Source: Octopus sinensis
Lineage: Eukaryota
Assembly: GCF_006345805.1 (NCBI RefSeq)
Contig: NC_043000.1
Coordinates: 154,938,001 to 155,002,000 of the forward strand
Length of the DNA: 64,000 nt
Direction of reading: 5' to 3'
This document shows, piece by piece, positions 43,090 to 54,625 of the stretch. Each line of letters starts with the position of its first letter. Positions within the stretch are counted from its first letter, which is position 1. The notes below the pieces were generated by a model that had not been told where the DNA came from, ran no database searches, and saw only the letters and a list, made by a program, of their open reading frames with translations. The position numbers and the translations under genes were made by a program.

Positions 43090-43970
43090 GTCACAACCAC
43101 CACCACCACCACCACTACCACTACCACTACCACCACCGTTACCACCATGACAAATAACGAATTGCAACAATCACAACAGTAATACCTATGGTCCTATTCT
43201 AACAACACATCTACAATCATCACCATCACCGAGTGAACACAGCCGCTGTCTGCGCCACCACAACCACCACCACCACAACCACCACCACAACCACCACCAC
43301 GACTACCACCACCACGACTACCACCACCACCACCGTTACCACCATGACAAATAACGAATTGCAACAATCACAACAGTAATACCTATGGTCCTATTCTAAC
43401 AACACATCTACAATCATCACCATCACCGAGTGAACACAGCCGCTGTCTGCGCCACCACAACCACCACCACCACCACTACCACTACCACTACCACTACCAC
43501 TACCACTACCACTACCACTACCACTACCACTACCACTACCACTACCACTACCACTACCACTACCACTACCACTACCACTACCACTACCACTACCACTACC
43601 ACTACCACTACCACTACCACTACCACTACCACTACCACTACCACTACCACTACCACTACCACTACCACTACCACTACCACTACCACTACCACTACCACTA
43701 CCACTACCACTACCACTGCCACTACCACTACCACTACCACTACCACTACCACTACCACTACCACTACCACTACCACTACCACTACCACTACCACTACCAC
43801 TACCACTACCACTACCACTACCACCACCGTTACCACCATGACAAATAACGAATTGCAACAATCACAACAGTAATACCTATGGTCCTATTCTAACAACACA
43901 TCTACAATCATCACCATCACCGAGTGAACACAGCCGCTGTCTGCGCCACCACAACCACCACCACCACCAC
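43090..43970. repeat. Three identical ~120-bp units separated by CAC/ACCACT microsatellite spacers
   Basis: Unit CGTTACCACCATGACAAATAACG...GCTGTCTGCGCC starts at 43137, 43334 and 43828. Confidence 0.95.
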
Positions 43971-44796
43971 TATCACAGCTATTACCACCACGGCTACTGG
44001 CACTACTACTACTATTTCTGTCAAACAGCTGCTACTACCTCGACGGTCACACAAACAACTACTGCCACCTGTTGTCTGAGTCTTTATCAAATCCGCCATT
44101 TTATTCTTTCACTATAGTCGTGAAATAAAATCACCCAGTTCAGCAGCAGCAGCACTAGCGGCAACAACAGCAGCAGCAACAACAATAAAAGCGACAAACA
44201 ACAGCAGTAAATGCTGCTGCTGTTTTCAATCGCTGCATTGGCTGCAGCTGCTGCCATTGTTGTTGGTGATATTAGCGCAGTAATAGCATGTAACCAGAAC
44301 GGTGATAGGATGTGAAGTGTGAACGTAGGTACAAAGGCAAAGCGAGAAAAACCACCTTGACAAAAGCAACAGAGGGATCGTAACAAAGATAAAACTGTGA
44401 AAACAACAATAAACAAGAGAAGCATCTCTGTAAAGCAAAAAAAAAAAAGATAAAAATTATGACTGCGACGTGACTCAAACAAGAATTGAATTCACAACTG
44501 TTAGGCGCAATGGAGATACAAGAAACTAATGATGATTGATGAAAATGATGACGACGACGATGATGTTGATATGATGACGACGACAGTGAAAAAGCCGAAA
44601 ACATCGTTGAGAAAGACGAAGTAACAACAACGCGGAAAAAAATTTTTTTCTTGCCTCTTTAAGAGTGATTTTTTTCCCTTTTTTTTTGTTATCCTTCATT
44701 TGGTATTCGGTAAATTTTTACAAATAAACCTACACACATACGGAAACACACACATATATAATATAATTATAATATAATATAATATAATATAATATA

Positions 44797-44831
<35 letters not shown>

Positions 44832-44897
44832 TTATATGCATGCAGGGTGGGCCAAAAGTAGGTTTACAGTTATTCAACTATCTCTTTCGCATTCATA

Positions 44898-45302
44898 TAC
44901 TCTTTTACTTGTTTCAGTCATTTGACTGTGGCCATGCTGGAGCACCGCCTTTAGTCGAGAAAATCGACCCCAGGACTTATTCTTTGTAAGCCTAGTACTT
45001 ATTCTATCGGTCTCTTTTGCTGAACCGCTAAGTTACGGTGACGTAAACACACCAGCATCGGTTGTCAAGTGATGTTGGGGGGACAAACACAGACACACAA
45101 ACGTATACACACACATATATATATACATATACATATATACGACGGGCTTCTTTCAGTTTCCGTCTACCAAATTCACTCACAAGGCTTTGGTCGGCCCGGG
45201 GCTATAGTAGAAGACACTAGCTCAAGGTGGCACGCAGTGGGACTAAACCCAGAACCATGTGGTTGGTAAACAAGCTACTCACCACAGAGCCACTCCTACG
45301 CC
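44898..45302 (-). mobile_element. Family A SINE
   Basis: Full-length match. Confidence 0.95.
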
Positions 45303-45474
45303 TGTACTCCTATTAACTCTTTAGATCTTAATTATTAAAAAAAATATGAAAACATTACTCTATGCTAATTTAGTTAATTTGTCAATCTCCCTTTTCAGTT
45401 TGTAAGATAAGAAATTCAAATGTAATAAAATGCTTCAAAAGAAAATTAAAGTGCCTATGTGATAACTTTTGGTT

Positions 45475-45509
<35 letters not shown>

Positions 45510-45554
45510 CATATATAAATAGATAGACAGATGCATGTCCATGATATATATATA

Positions 45555-45620
<66 letters not shown>

Positions 45621-46944
45621 CAAACGTACATACACATACGCAAACACACTCGCACTCACAGATATATGTATCCAACTGTTGCCGTTTTTCAGCGAAAAGA
45701 CCCATTCGGCTGTTGCTATACTATTGTGTAATACTTGTGATTGCACGTATTTCCGCGTGCTTGTGTAATAACTATGCACAAAGAAAGCATTCAGCTTACA
45801 CAAACATACAAATTGTCCTACAAGTGCACACACAGACTAGCACTCACGCGCGTGCGCACGCTCACACACACACACACATGTATACCAAGTGTTAATTTCT
45901 TAAACATTACTGTTCTTCAGACATGTTAATAACAGCCCTTATAAAAAGTCAAAAACGAAGATGGCGGATGTGTTAGTGTGTATTAGTATTAGTGAGTGTG
46001 TGTATACTGACACAAGAACCCCACTAAACCCCAACACCTATAGTTAGGAATATAGCAGCAAACTTTTGAAGAACCCCTGCTGATCCCAAGAGAGGGAAAT
46101 CGCCTCTTACTATTTAGAAGTTCAAACTAAGCGTGCCTTCATTGAAAAGTTTACAAGAACACTCCCAAATCTGTATGTAATGTTATCTGGTTTATTATTC
46201 CCAAATATTTTATAAGAAGCCACAAACATTGTTAGAAACTATTAATCTTTTGTAAGGCACTAAATTGTGATCATATCACCAACTTTTAAACTAACATGAT
46301 ATTAACGTTAGCTGTTCTTGCTTAGATAACATCGTTTCCCAAATTACATACCATATATGCATATGGTGGTTATTTTACTGGGTGTGCTGCCACACCTAAT
46401 GCCACCAAATTTCAAGCAGGAGTGTAAGTGTAACAAAAGTTCCATTAAGAATTGTCATTAAATTAATGAGTAAGGTTAATATTTATAATGAATTTGCCAT
46501 TTTCAATGGGTGTGCAGTGCGCACCTAGCACACCCGGAACATACGCCCCTGAATAGATACATTTGCTGAGCGAACCCCCAGCAATCCATCTGCAAAAGCC
46601 AAAATTGAGCTTCTTAACCGCTGATAGTTTCTTTTCTTTAAAAGTCTGTAGAGTATGGAGCTACACTCCCTCCACTAGATAGTGTCCAGAGGAACTGTAT
46701 GGGCGTATTGCCAACGATATCAAGGATATGTAACCACATGCCTTTAGGTCCTGTTTCTTTTGGAAGCCTGCCCACCAATGACATCATTATAATTTTGAGG
46801 TCCATCGATTACGTAATTTCAGAATCTTCCAGTATGTAAAGCTGCATATTCAGAAGTAACCCGAAGTGTCCCTCAACAGAAAATTCGAAGTAATTTCAAA
46901 ATTTCTGAGTTACTAATAGTTACTAATAGTTACTAAGAGTAATA

Positions 46945-47115
46945 GGCGCAGGAGTGGCTGTGTGGTAAGTAGCTTGCTAACCAACCACATGGTTCCGGGT
47001 TCAGTCCCACTGCGTGGCATCTTGGGCAAGTGTCTTCTGCTATAGCCCCGGGCCGACCAATGCCTTGTGAGTGGATTTGGTAGACGGAAACTGAAAGAAG
47101 CCTGTCGTATATATG

Positions 47116-47146
<31 letters not shown>

Positions 47147-47368
47147 GTGTTTGTGTGTGTGTGTTTGCCCCCCTAGCATTGCTTGACAACCGATGCTGGT
47201 GTGCTTATGTCCCCGTCACTGAGCGGTTCGGCAAAAAGAGACCGATAGAATAAGTACTGGGCTTACAAAGAATAAGTCCCGGGGTCGATTTGCTCGACTA
47301 AATGCGGTGCTCCAGCATGGCCGCAGTCAAATGACTGAAACAAGTAAAAGAGTAAAAGAGTAAAGAGT
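46945..47368 (+). mobile_element. Family A SINE, full length
   Basis: A and B boxes, CORE-like CTTGGGCAAGTGTCTT, internal microsatellite, (GTAAAAGA)n tail. Confidence 0.96.
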
Positions 47369-47751
47369 ACTATCGGTCAATCGATCGAAACTGACGGACA
47401 ATAATGCCAGGGAAATTGTTATTATTGTCGGGAATTACTTAGTTTTGATAAAAGTAATAGTCAGTCAAGTTACTATTTTTGCATTTTAGTAATTCTTTAC
47501 AACTCAATAACTTTACTGTATTATGCAAACATGTGCAAAAGTTTCACTGGGTGAGCCACCTTCTCTAGAGGAAACCTAGTTTACCATCAAGCAAGAAAGA
47601 ACTACATTCAAGAATTGCTAGCGGGTAGGGTTTCTCTAATCGTGGATGTATGATTGATTAGACATGTACTTTCGTGTCTCGGAAACTGAGTAATGATGGC
47701 CACGTCAGTTTTTAACTGCTTGCCACTGATGGATACATACATACATACATC

Positions 47752-48037
47752 ATCACGTGACCGACCAGACCATCAGATGTTGCTACACATCGCTGGTCAC
47801 AATGCGTTCGCATTGTTTTAGCCTTCGAACGACGCCACCCCGCTGGCTAAGCGAGCAGGCCAACAGAAGAAAGAGTGGGAGAAAGAGTGGTGAAAGGGTA
47901 CAGCAGGGATCACCTCCCCCCTGAGGAGCCTCGTGGAGCTTTTTAGGTGTTTTCGCTCAATAAACACACACAACGCCCGGTCTGGGAATCGAAACCGCGA
48001 GTTTGCTGCCCTAACCACTGGGCCATTGCGCCTCCAC
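47752..48037 (-). mobile_element. SINE head H1 + tail T3
   Basis: Head GTGGAGGCGCAATGGCCCAGTGGTTAGGGCAGC; tail GGCCTGCTCGCTTAGCCAGCGGGG...GGTCACGTGAT followed by (ATGT)n. Confidence 0.9.
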
Positions 48038-48353
48038 ACATACATACACATACACATAAATTCACACACGCACACACATACATTACCTACGTTGTCAGTA
48101 GGTATTATTATGCAGCTTACATCGACTAATTTACAGGACATTTTGTTTAAACCGCTATAAATTTATTAATCCTCACGTAGGCAGAAAATGGTCGTTTTTT
48201 TTTTTCTATGAAAAATGTATAGAAGACTAGTACCTAGCAAAAAAATGAAACTTTATCTACCCATTGGGTAGATATATCTGAATTGTAATCACTTAAATTA
48301 TTTCAAAGTGAGGCTAACATTGTATATCTATTAAAAAGATATACCATGCATTT

Positions 48354-48857
48354 TAACATATACTTACCAACTAAATGTGGCGGTCCCATAGAGGACGATG
48401 CTACTGTTGTTTTTAGCTCCAGGAGGTCATCTACAGGTGGCTAACAACACACTGTCTGTGACCGATTAGTATTTGCGAGGGGAAATCATCATTCTTGTCT
48501 CTAGCCTTACGTGATACACACAGACCCGGGTTTCTGAGTAGTAACCTGTCATCAAAATCACGAACTAATGATGGAATTTCATTTCACACGCAAAATGCTA
48601 TTTGCTATTTTCCAGTGACAAGTTTTCGCTGATCTCGAAAAGGGAGAAATAAGCAATATTAAATCTCTGAGCGAGATGTAAACATTAGCAGTACGGAATC
48701 GTAACATATAATTGCCAACTAAATATGGCGGTCCCATAGAGGACGATGCTACTGTTGTTTTTAGCCCCAGGAGAACATCTCCTCCAGCTGGCTAACGACA
48801 CACAGTCTGTGTCCAATTAGTATTTGCGAGGGGAAATCGTTCCCATCTCTAGCCTTT
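48354..48857 (+). repeat. Two ~155-bp direct repeats, period ~348 bp, with pseudoknot potential
   Basis: 48354-48508 vs 48702-48857 share TGGCGGTCCCATAGAGGACGATGCTACTGTTGTTTTTAGC, TGGCTAAC and TTAGTATTTGCGAGGGGAAATC. Confidence 0.92.
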
Positions 48858-49194
48858 AGTCAAAAAGACCGTGTTGCAAAATGTATTAAATTGATAATTT
48901 ATGCTGTCAGCATATGCAAAGTTATGCAAATTACAATGATCAGATTCATTAACTCCTAAATTGTACACCCTATACATATCGATATGTTTCTATTTTCTAC
49001 GTGATCGAAAGATGGCTATCATTTTGTTGATGAATGTCTCAGAAGTCTAGAAAACAAATCATTCGAACTTTTCTTATCCAGGAAGAGTCAGTCAACCGCA
49101 ATGGTATAACCTTTACTCATATTCACACGCATGCGCATACGCACTTTTGTACACACACACACACACACACACGCACAAATACAGAGTCATATTT

Positions 49195-49555
49195 TGTCTT
49201 TTATCTTTTAGACTGTGGCCATGCTGGAGCACCACTTGAAGAATTTTAGTCGAACGAATCGATTTCAGGACTAATTTTTAAAAAAAATCCTGATACTTAT
49301 TCTATCGGTTTCTTCTACCAAATTGTAAAAATACGTCGAAATAAACATACAGAAACCGGTTTTCAAATGGTGGTGGTGGTGGTGGTGGTCGGGGGGGGGT
49401 AAACACACGCACATGACGGCTTCTCTTAGTTTCCTCTACTAAATCCACTCACAAGGCCTTGGTTGGCCCGATGCTATTGTAGAAGATACATGCGCAAGGA
49501 TACTTGTGCATGTAACAGGACTGAACCTGGAACCATGTGGTTGGGAAGCACACAG
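49195..49555 (-). mobile_element. Degenerate family A SINE (other decayed pieces at 5705-5915, 15095-15250, 16610-16755, 21140-21310)
   Basis: GGCCATGCTGGAGCACC, AAATCCACTCACAAGGC and GGAACCATGTGGTTG are retained. Confidence 0.85.
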
Positions 49556-49614
49556 TCACACCATATATGTATGTATGTGTGTATGTATGTATGTATGTAT
49601 GTATGCATGCATGT

Positions 49615-49982
49615 GATGCTCTGGAGCCCCTGCCGGGCCACACTCTTTCAGCTGATGTGGTTCCAGAGTCCTGACATGCAAAGGTACATGAAACCCAGTT
49701 ACAACTACAGCCGGCTATTACCGGTAAAGGTTTTAGCTGCCAATTCTGTACAAGACATTGTGGGATAAAAAGTCACATTCGATCACAGCACCAGTAACAG
49801 TTAAGCTTCATGCAATGGTCATACACGATAACGAGGGAGTAGCCATCATGTATGTATGTATGTATGTATGTATGTATGTATGTATGTATGTATGTATGTA
49901 TGTATGTATGTATGTATGCATGCATGCATGTATGTATGTATGTATGTATGTATGTATGTATGTATGTATGTATGTATGTATG
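49615..49982 (+). mobile_element. 3' end of an RTE-type LINE with (ATGT)n tail
   Basis: Reads GKGFSCQFCTRHCGIKSHIRSQHQ* (C-terminal C2H2-like finger), then TTAAGCTTCATGCAATGGTCATACACGATAACGAGGGAGTAGCCATC and (ATGT)n. Confidence 0.7.
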
Positions 49983-50235
49983 AAATTAATAGACATCGTC
50001 GGTAAGATTTGCGTAAAATAAACGTTGCAATAAAATTTCCCTACGTAACAATATTAAATGTATACAGTCATAGATGCAGACTAAACAAGTCACCTTGAAT
50101 TCTCTCATATTGGTGGCCTAGCATGGGTACTGAACATCTGAAATACTTGGACACAAGTACTAGAAGTACAGAATTCATTTTCTCTGTGAGAGAGAGCTGC
50201 TTCTGAATCCAGAAAACAGTGAGTTGAAATAGACT

Positions 50236-50650
50236 ATAGGCACAAGGCCTGGAATTTTTGGGGAAGGTGACCAGTCGATTAGATCGACCTCAATTACGCA
50301 ACTGGTACTTAATTTATTGACTCCCGAAAGGATGAAAGGCAAAGTCGACCTCGGCAAAACTTGAACTCAGAACGTATGGACAGACGAAATGCCTATTTCT
50401 TTACTACCCACAATCCTGTCTCCATTTGTTGCCGAGTGTATTTCTGACACAGAGAAGACAAACAAGGACATATAAATGGATTAAGTCGATTATATCGTCC
50501 CCAGTGCGTAACTGGTACTTATTTAATCGACCCCGAAAGGATGAAAGGCAAAGTCGACCTCGGCAGAACTTGAACTCAGAACGTAAAGACAGGCGAAATA
50601 CGGTTAAGCATTTCGCCCAGCGTGCTAACGTTTCTGCCAGCTCACCGCCT
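50236..50650 (-). mobile_element. Two adjacent or nested family B SINEs with different tails
   Basis: GAAAGGATGAAAGGCAAAGTCGACCTCGGCA occurs twice (~50325 and ~50535). Confidence 0.9.
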
Positions 50651-51073
50651 TAAATTTGTAATAGATATCACGAAACATCTCGTCAAACACATTCAAGATA
50701 CCCTGTTTCAAAAGATAAAATGATAAACAGAAAGGGAATAAAAGTAAAATTTTGACAATTGTTGTTATAGGGTAAAGTATGTGTACTTTTGTTTTCTTTT
50801 GACAGTTTGCTGAAAAGAACACTGAATCAATAAGACCAGCTGACTTTCAAGAGTCAGTAAAATCTACGAAAGATCTTAAAAATATCTAGTTTCCTGACAT
50901 CAGCTATATGTGTGTTTCAGTACAAACGTACCTGCATGTATTCGTACATACACATTTACCATGTGTACAGACACACAAGAGCACACAGACAAACACACAC
51001 ACACACACACACACGCACACATATTTACACACTTTCTCATAATACATGCATATATATATATATATATATATAC

Positions 51074-51418
51074 ATCTTTTACTCTTTTACATGTTTCAGT
51101 CATTTGACTGCGGCCATGCTGGAGTACCGCCTTTAGTCGAGGAAATCGACCCCCAGGATTTATTCTTTGTAAGCCTAGTACTTATTCTATCGGTCTCTTT
51201 TGCCGAACCGCTAAGTTACGGGGACGTAAACACACCAGCGTCGGTTGTCAAGCGATGTTGGGGGGGGGGACAAACACAGACACACAAACACACACACATA
51301 TATATATATACATATATATACATATATACGACAGGCTTCTTTCAGTTTCCGTCTACCAAATCCACTCACAAGGCATTGGTCGGCCCGGGGCTATAGCAGA
51401 AGGCTCTTGCTTGAGATG

Positions 51419-51420
<2 letters not shown>
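51074..51420 (-). mobile_element. Family A SINE, 5'-truncated
   Basis: Match ends inside the CORE-like segment at a (CA)n tract. Confidence 0.93.
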
Positions 51421-51496
<76 letters not shown>

Positions 51497-51502
<6 letters not shown>

Positions 51503-52106
51503 ATAGTTATCGCCATACTAATATGGCATTCTTATAAAAATAAGAAAAAAGCTGTCCGCCTATTAGCTCCATGAGGCCATCGCCTTAAGTTAGCTATTTG
51601 ATACACAAACTGTATCCATATAACCTTCGAACAAGGGAGGTCAGTCGCTCCACACTACTTGACCGGCAGCTACAGACGCGTTTCGGGGTATTGCCCCTTT
51701 TCAATGCAGCGCAGCCAGCCAGTAGGTGTCGCTTCCGACAATCTCTGTTCGATGGTTTTATTTACCTAGTTTCGGTGGAATACATCCACTTGTTTTCAAT
51801 AATAGAAATATTAAAATAACTAAGTCTCTCTAAAAGAGAACAGCGGCAGCGTTCCCGGAAAATAATAGTTATCGCCATACTAAATTCTTATAAAAATAAG
51901 AAAAAACCTTGTTCGAAGGTTATATGGATACAGTTTGTGTATCAAATAGCTAACTTAAGGCGATGGCCTCATGGAGCTAATAAGCGGACAGCTTTTTTCT
52001 TATTTTTATAAGAATGCCATATTAGTATGGCGATAACTATTATTTTCCGGGAACGCTGCCGCTGTTCTCTTTTAGAGAGACTTAGTTATTTTAATATTTC
52101 TATTAT
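51497..52106. mobile_element. Penelope-like fragment with direct plus inverted terminal repeats
   Basis: 51497-51636 is inverted at 51907-52046; 51799-51858 is inverted at 52047-52106; partial direct repeat at 51859-51906; (TA)n on both sides. Confidence 0.85.
51669..51710 (-). ncRNA. Minimal type I hammerhead ribozyme, U3-A8 core variant
   Basis: GCTGCA-TTGAAAA-GGGG-CAATA-CCCC-GAAA-CGCG-TC-TGTAGC. Stem I 6 bp, stem II 4 bp, palindromic ACGCGT stem III, GUC site. Confidence 0.75.
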
Positions 52107-52780
52107 ATATATATATATATGCGTGTGTATATGCATATATGTACGAATGTTTACAAACATGCATACGTACACACACGTCTATGTATATTTCTACCTAACA
52201 GCCTCATTTGAGCCAACGAGAAACCACATAGGCGGTCAAGGCCGAACAACTCATTGGAAGTTGGAGCTAAATTCTCTCAACTCACAATCTGTAACTTTGA
52301 AAAGACGCAATGGAGTATGCAATCGAAAAGCTGTATAGGGATAGTTGAAATGGTTTTGAACATATCAGTAAAATTGATGCCTGATAACATACAAACTTTG
52401 ACTGCTTAAGATAATATTGTAGATAAATCTATTTCTAGAACTGTTTAAAAGCTAAAAGCAACAAGCAATGGAAATAACGATAAAAAGCAGCCGATGGAAG
52501 TATTTGGACAGTATAAGAATTCAAATCGATTGGATCTAGTTTTTAGATGAATACTAGTTACATTTAATTTTAAAAAAAACAACTTTATAAAGCCTTAAAT
52601 TTATAATAAAAAAATTTCTGCATTAAGTTCAAGCAAAAGTGGCAGATTTCTTCTTAACTTACAGGCATACATACATACATGCACACACACGCACGTACGC
52701 ACGCACGCACGTAGTAACTTTCTTTGAAGTCATTACCTGTCATACCTGTATAGTGCCTACTGATGCCATCGGATGGTATG

Positions 52781-52812
<32 letters not shown>

Positions 52813-52871
52813 TATATATATATAATATATATATATATATTATATATATATATGTATATATGTATATATAT

Positions 52872-53340
52872 TGGCTGACGATATGCGCATCTTTGGTCAT
52901 GAGCAGGCGTAGTGAGGGAGCATCATAGATTAAAATAAATTCTTCAGGTTGAGTTGCCCATCATGCTCAAAAGGTCCCTGTATAAGGGTTGTTTAAGGAT
53001 GTTGACCGAAAGACCCATGTTTCCAAAGGTGAAATATCCAAACCCCAAAAAATTCCTCTCAACACATGGCTATGATGCTCCTCTACTACTTCTGCTCGTG
53101 ATCAGAGATGCACATATCGTCAGCTACTAAGGGACATGCTCAACTGGTTACAGATGGGCTACAGCAAATATTCTACTCAATACCACAGTTAAATTACTGA
53201 CTAGAAAATCTGTGGTATTGAGCAGAATATTTGCTGTAGCCCATCTTTTATACCAAGAGAAAACAATGTACATGGTAACACTTCCAATCAGTTAAGATCA
53301 GAAGCCTTGAGAGCTGCCGGCTGGTACTGCATTAGGGCAT
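52872..53340. mobile_element. Unclassified repeat with two fold-back structures, between (TA)n and (TTA)n
   Basis: Inverted repeats 52874-52928/53070-53124 and 53152-53188/53210-53246. Confidence 0.7.
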
Positions 53341-53378
53341 TATTATTATTATCCTCATTATTATTATTATTATTATTA

Positions 53379-53427
<49 letters not shown>

Positions 53428-53436
53428 GTTGATATT

Positions 53437-53642
53437 GAGGTGTGGTGCTGGCAGAATCGTTAGCACGCCGGGTGAAATGCTTAGCGGGAATTCGCCCGTC
53501 GTTACGTTCTAATTTCAACTTTGCCTTTCATCTTTCCGGTCTCGATAAATTAAGTACCAGTGAAATGCTGGGGACGATATAACCGACTATCCCCCTCCCC
53601 ACAAAATCCAGGCCTATAGTAGTGTGCCTACAGTAGAAAGGA
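53437..53642 (+). mobile_element. Family B SINE (further copies at 54893-55101 plus and 62633-62770 minus)
   Basis: GCTGGCAGAATCGTTAGCACGCCGGG head and GATAAATTAAGTACCAG body. Confidence 0.88.
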
Positions 53643-53726
53643 TTATCATTATTATCATTTTTATTAGCATCTTTCAGTCCTGTTTCCATTTCTCGCCGAA
53701 TGTATTTCTGACACCTAGGGTGTTAG

Positions 53727-54045
53727 TATTATTATTATTATTTTATGTCTGACTTTTGCTTTATATTTGTACAAGTTGGCTCCAAGTCTCACCCAGAGAT
53801 CTCAAGAGACAACAAGTTGGAAGTTCATGTTGGTGTTATGCCTAGGGTGCCATATATTTGGTTTTGTACATAGTGTTGTTCTAGAGAATGTTTAAGAAAC
53901 CGTAAGAAAATTGTGTTTGTTTTGAAACTTGAGATTACATAGAAAGTATTTTGCATAGGATATGGGCAGTCCCCATGAGCACTATCTTTTGAATTTCTGC
54001 CATTTTGGGTTTCCTGGTATCTGAGCTAGGTGGCAATCAGTTCCT
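53727..54045 (-). mobile_element. 5'-truncated R4/Dong-like (RLE clade) retrotransposon inserted in (TAA)n
   Basis: Minus strand reads LAQIPGNPK/MAEIQKIVLMGTAHILCKILSM* (one frameshift; cf. QKxxLLGTAxILRKVL), then ~190 nt 3' UTR; (TAA)n on both sides. Confidence 0.8.
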
Positions 54046-54062
54046 ATTATTATTATTATTAA

Positions 54063-54116
<54 letters not shown>

Positions 54117-54577
54117 GTTTATAGTCCTCATCATCATTATCATCATCATCATCGTCATCATCAGTAGAATAAAGTGAAAGCTATGACAATTTAACCAATA
54201 AATTATTAAGTGTTTCAAAGTGGCATGCTTGCGGCAAAATTATCCAAACATAATTCAGTGTCATTTCACTTCTAAATAGAAAGAAACTCTGAAAGGAATC
54301 CAATTAACAATTTATACAACTTACCTAATTGATTTGTACGGTTAAATTAACCTCTATAATGATAGTCAAACTAAAGCGCTCTACATCACAATCATTTCAA
54401 TTGCATGTAAATCAAGCTTAGGCCTGAAGATTTTCATATTTACAAGACAAGGAAATAGCTCATACAATTCTATAAGGTACAAGTGCGTGACATGTAAGCA
54501 AAAGGAAGGTATTTTATGATTCAATCAGTAATAGTGATTTGGCATTATGAGCAAGCACTAACCCTCACCCCATATTA

Positions 54578-54625
<48 letters not shown>

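Noticed and set aside
43391-43873. Poly-Thr (mucin-like), poly-GS and poly-Val ORFs
   Set aside because: All derive from (ACCACT)n; the flanking unit contains stops and no exon structure is evident.
43137-43950. Repeat-spacer layout resembling a CRISPR array
   Set aside because: Repeats are 120 bp, spacers are microsatellites, the context is eukaryotic and there are no cas genes.
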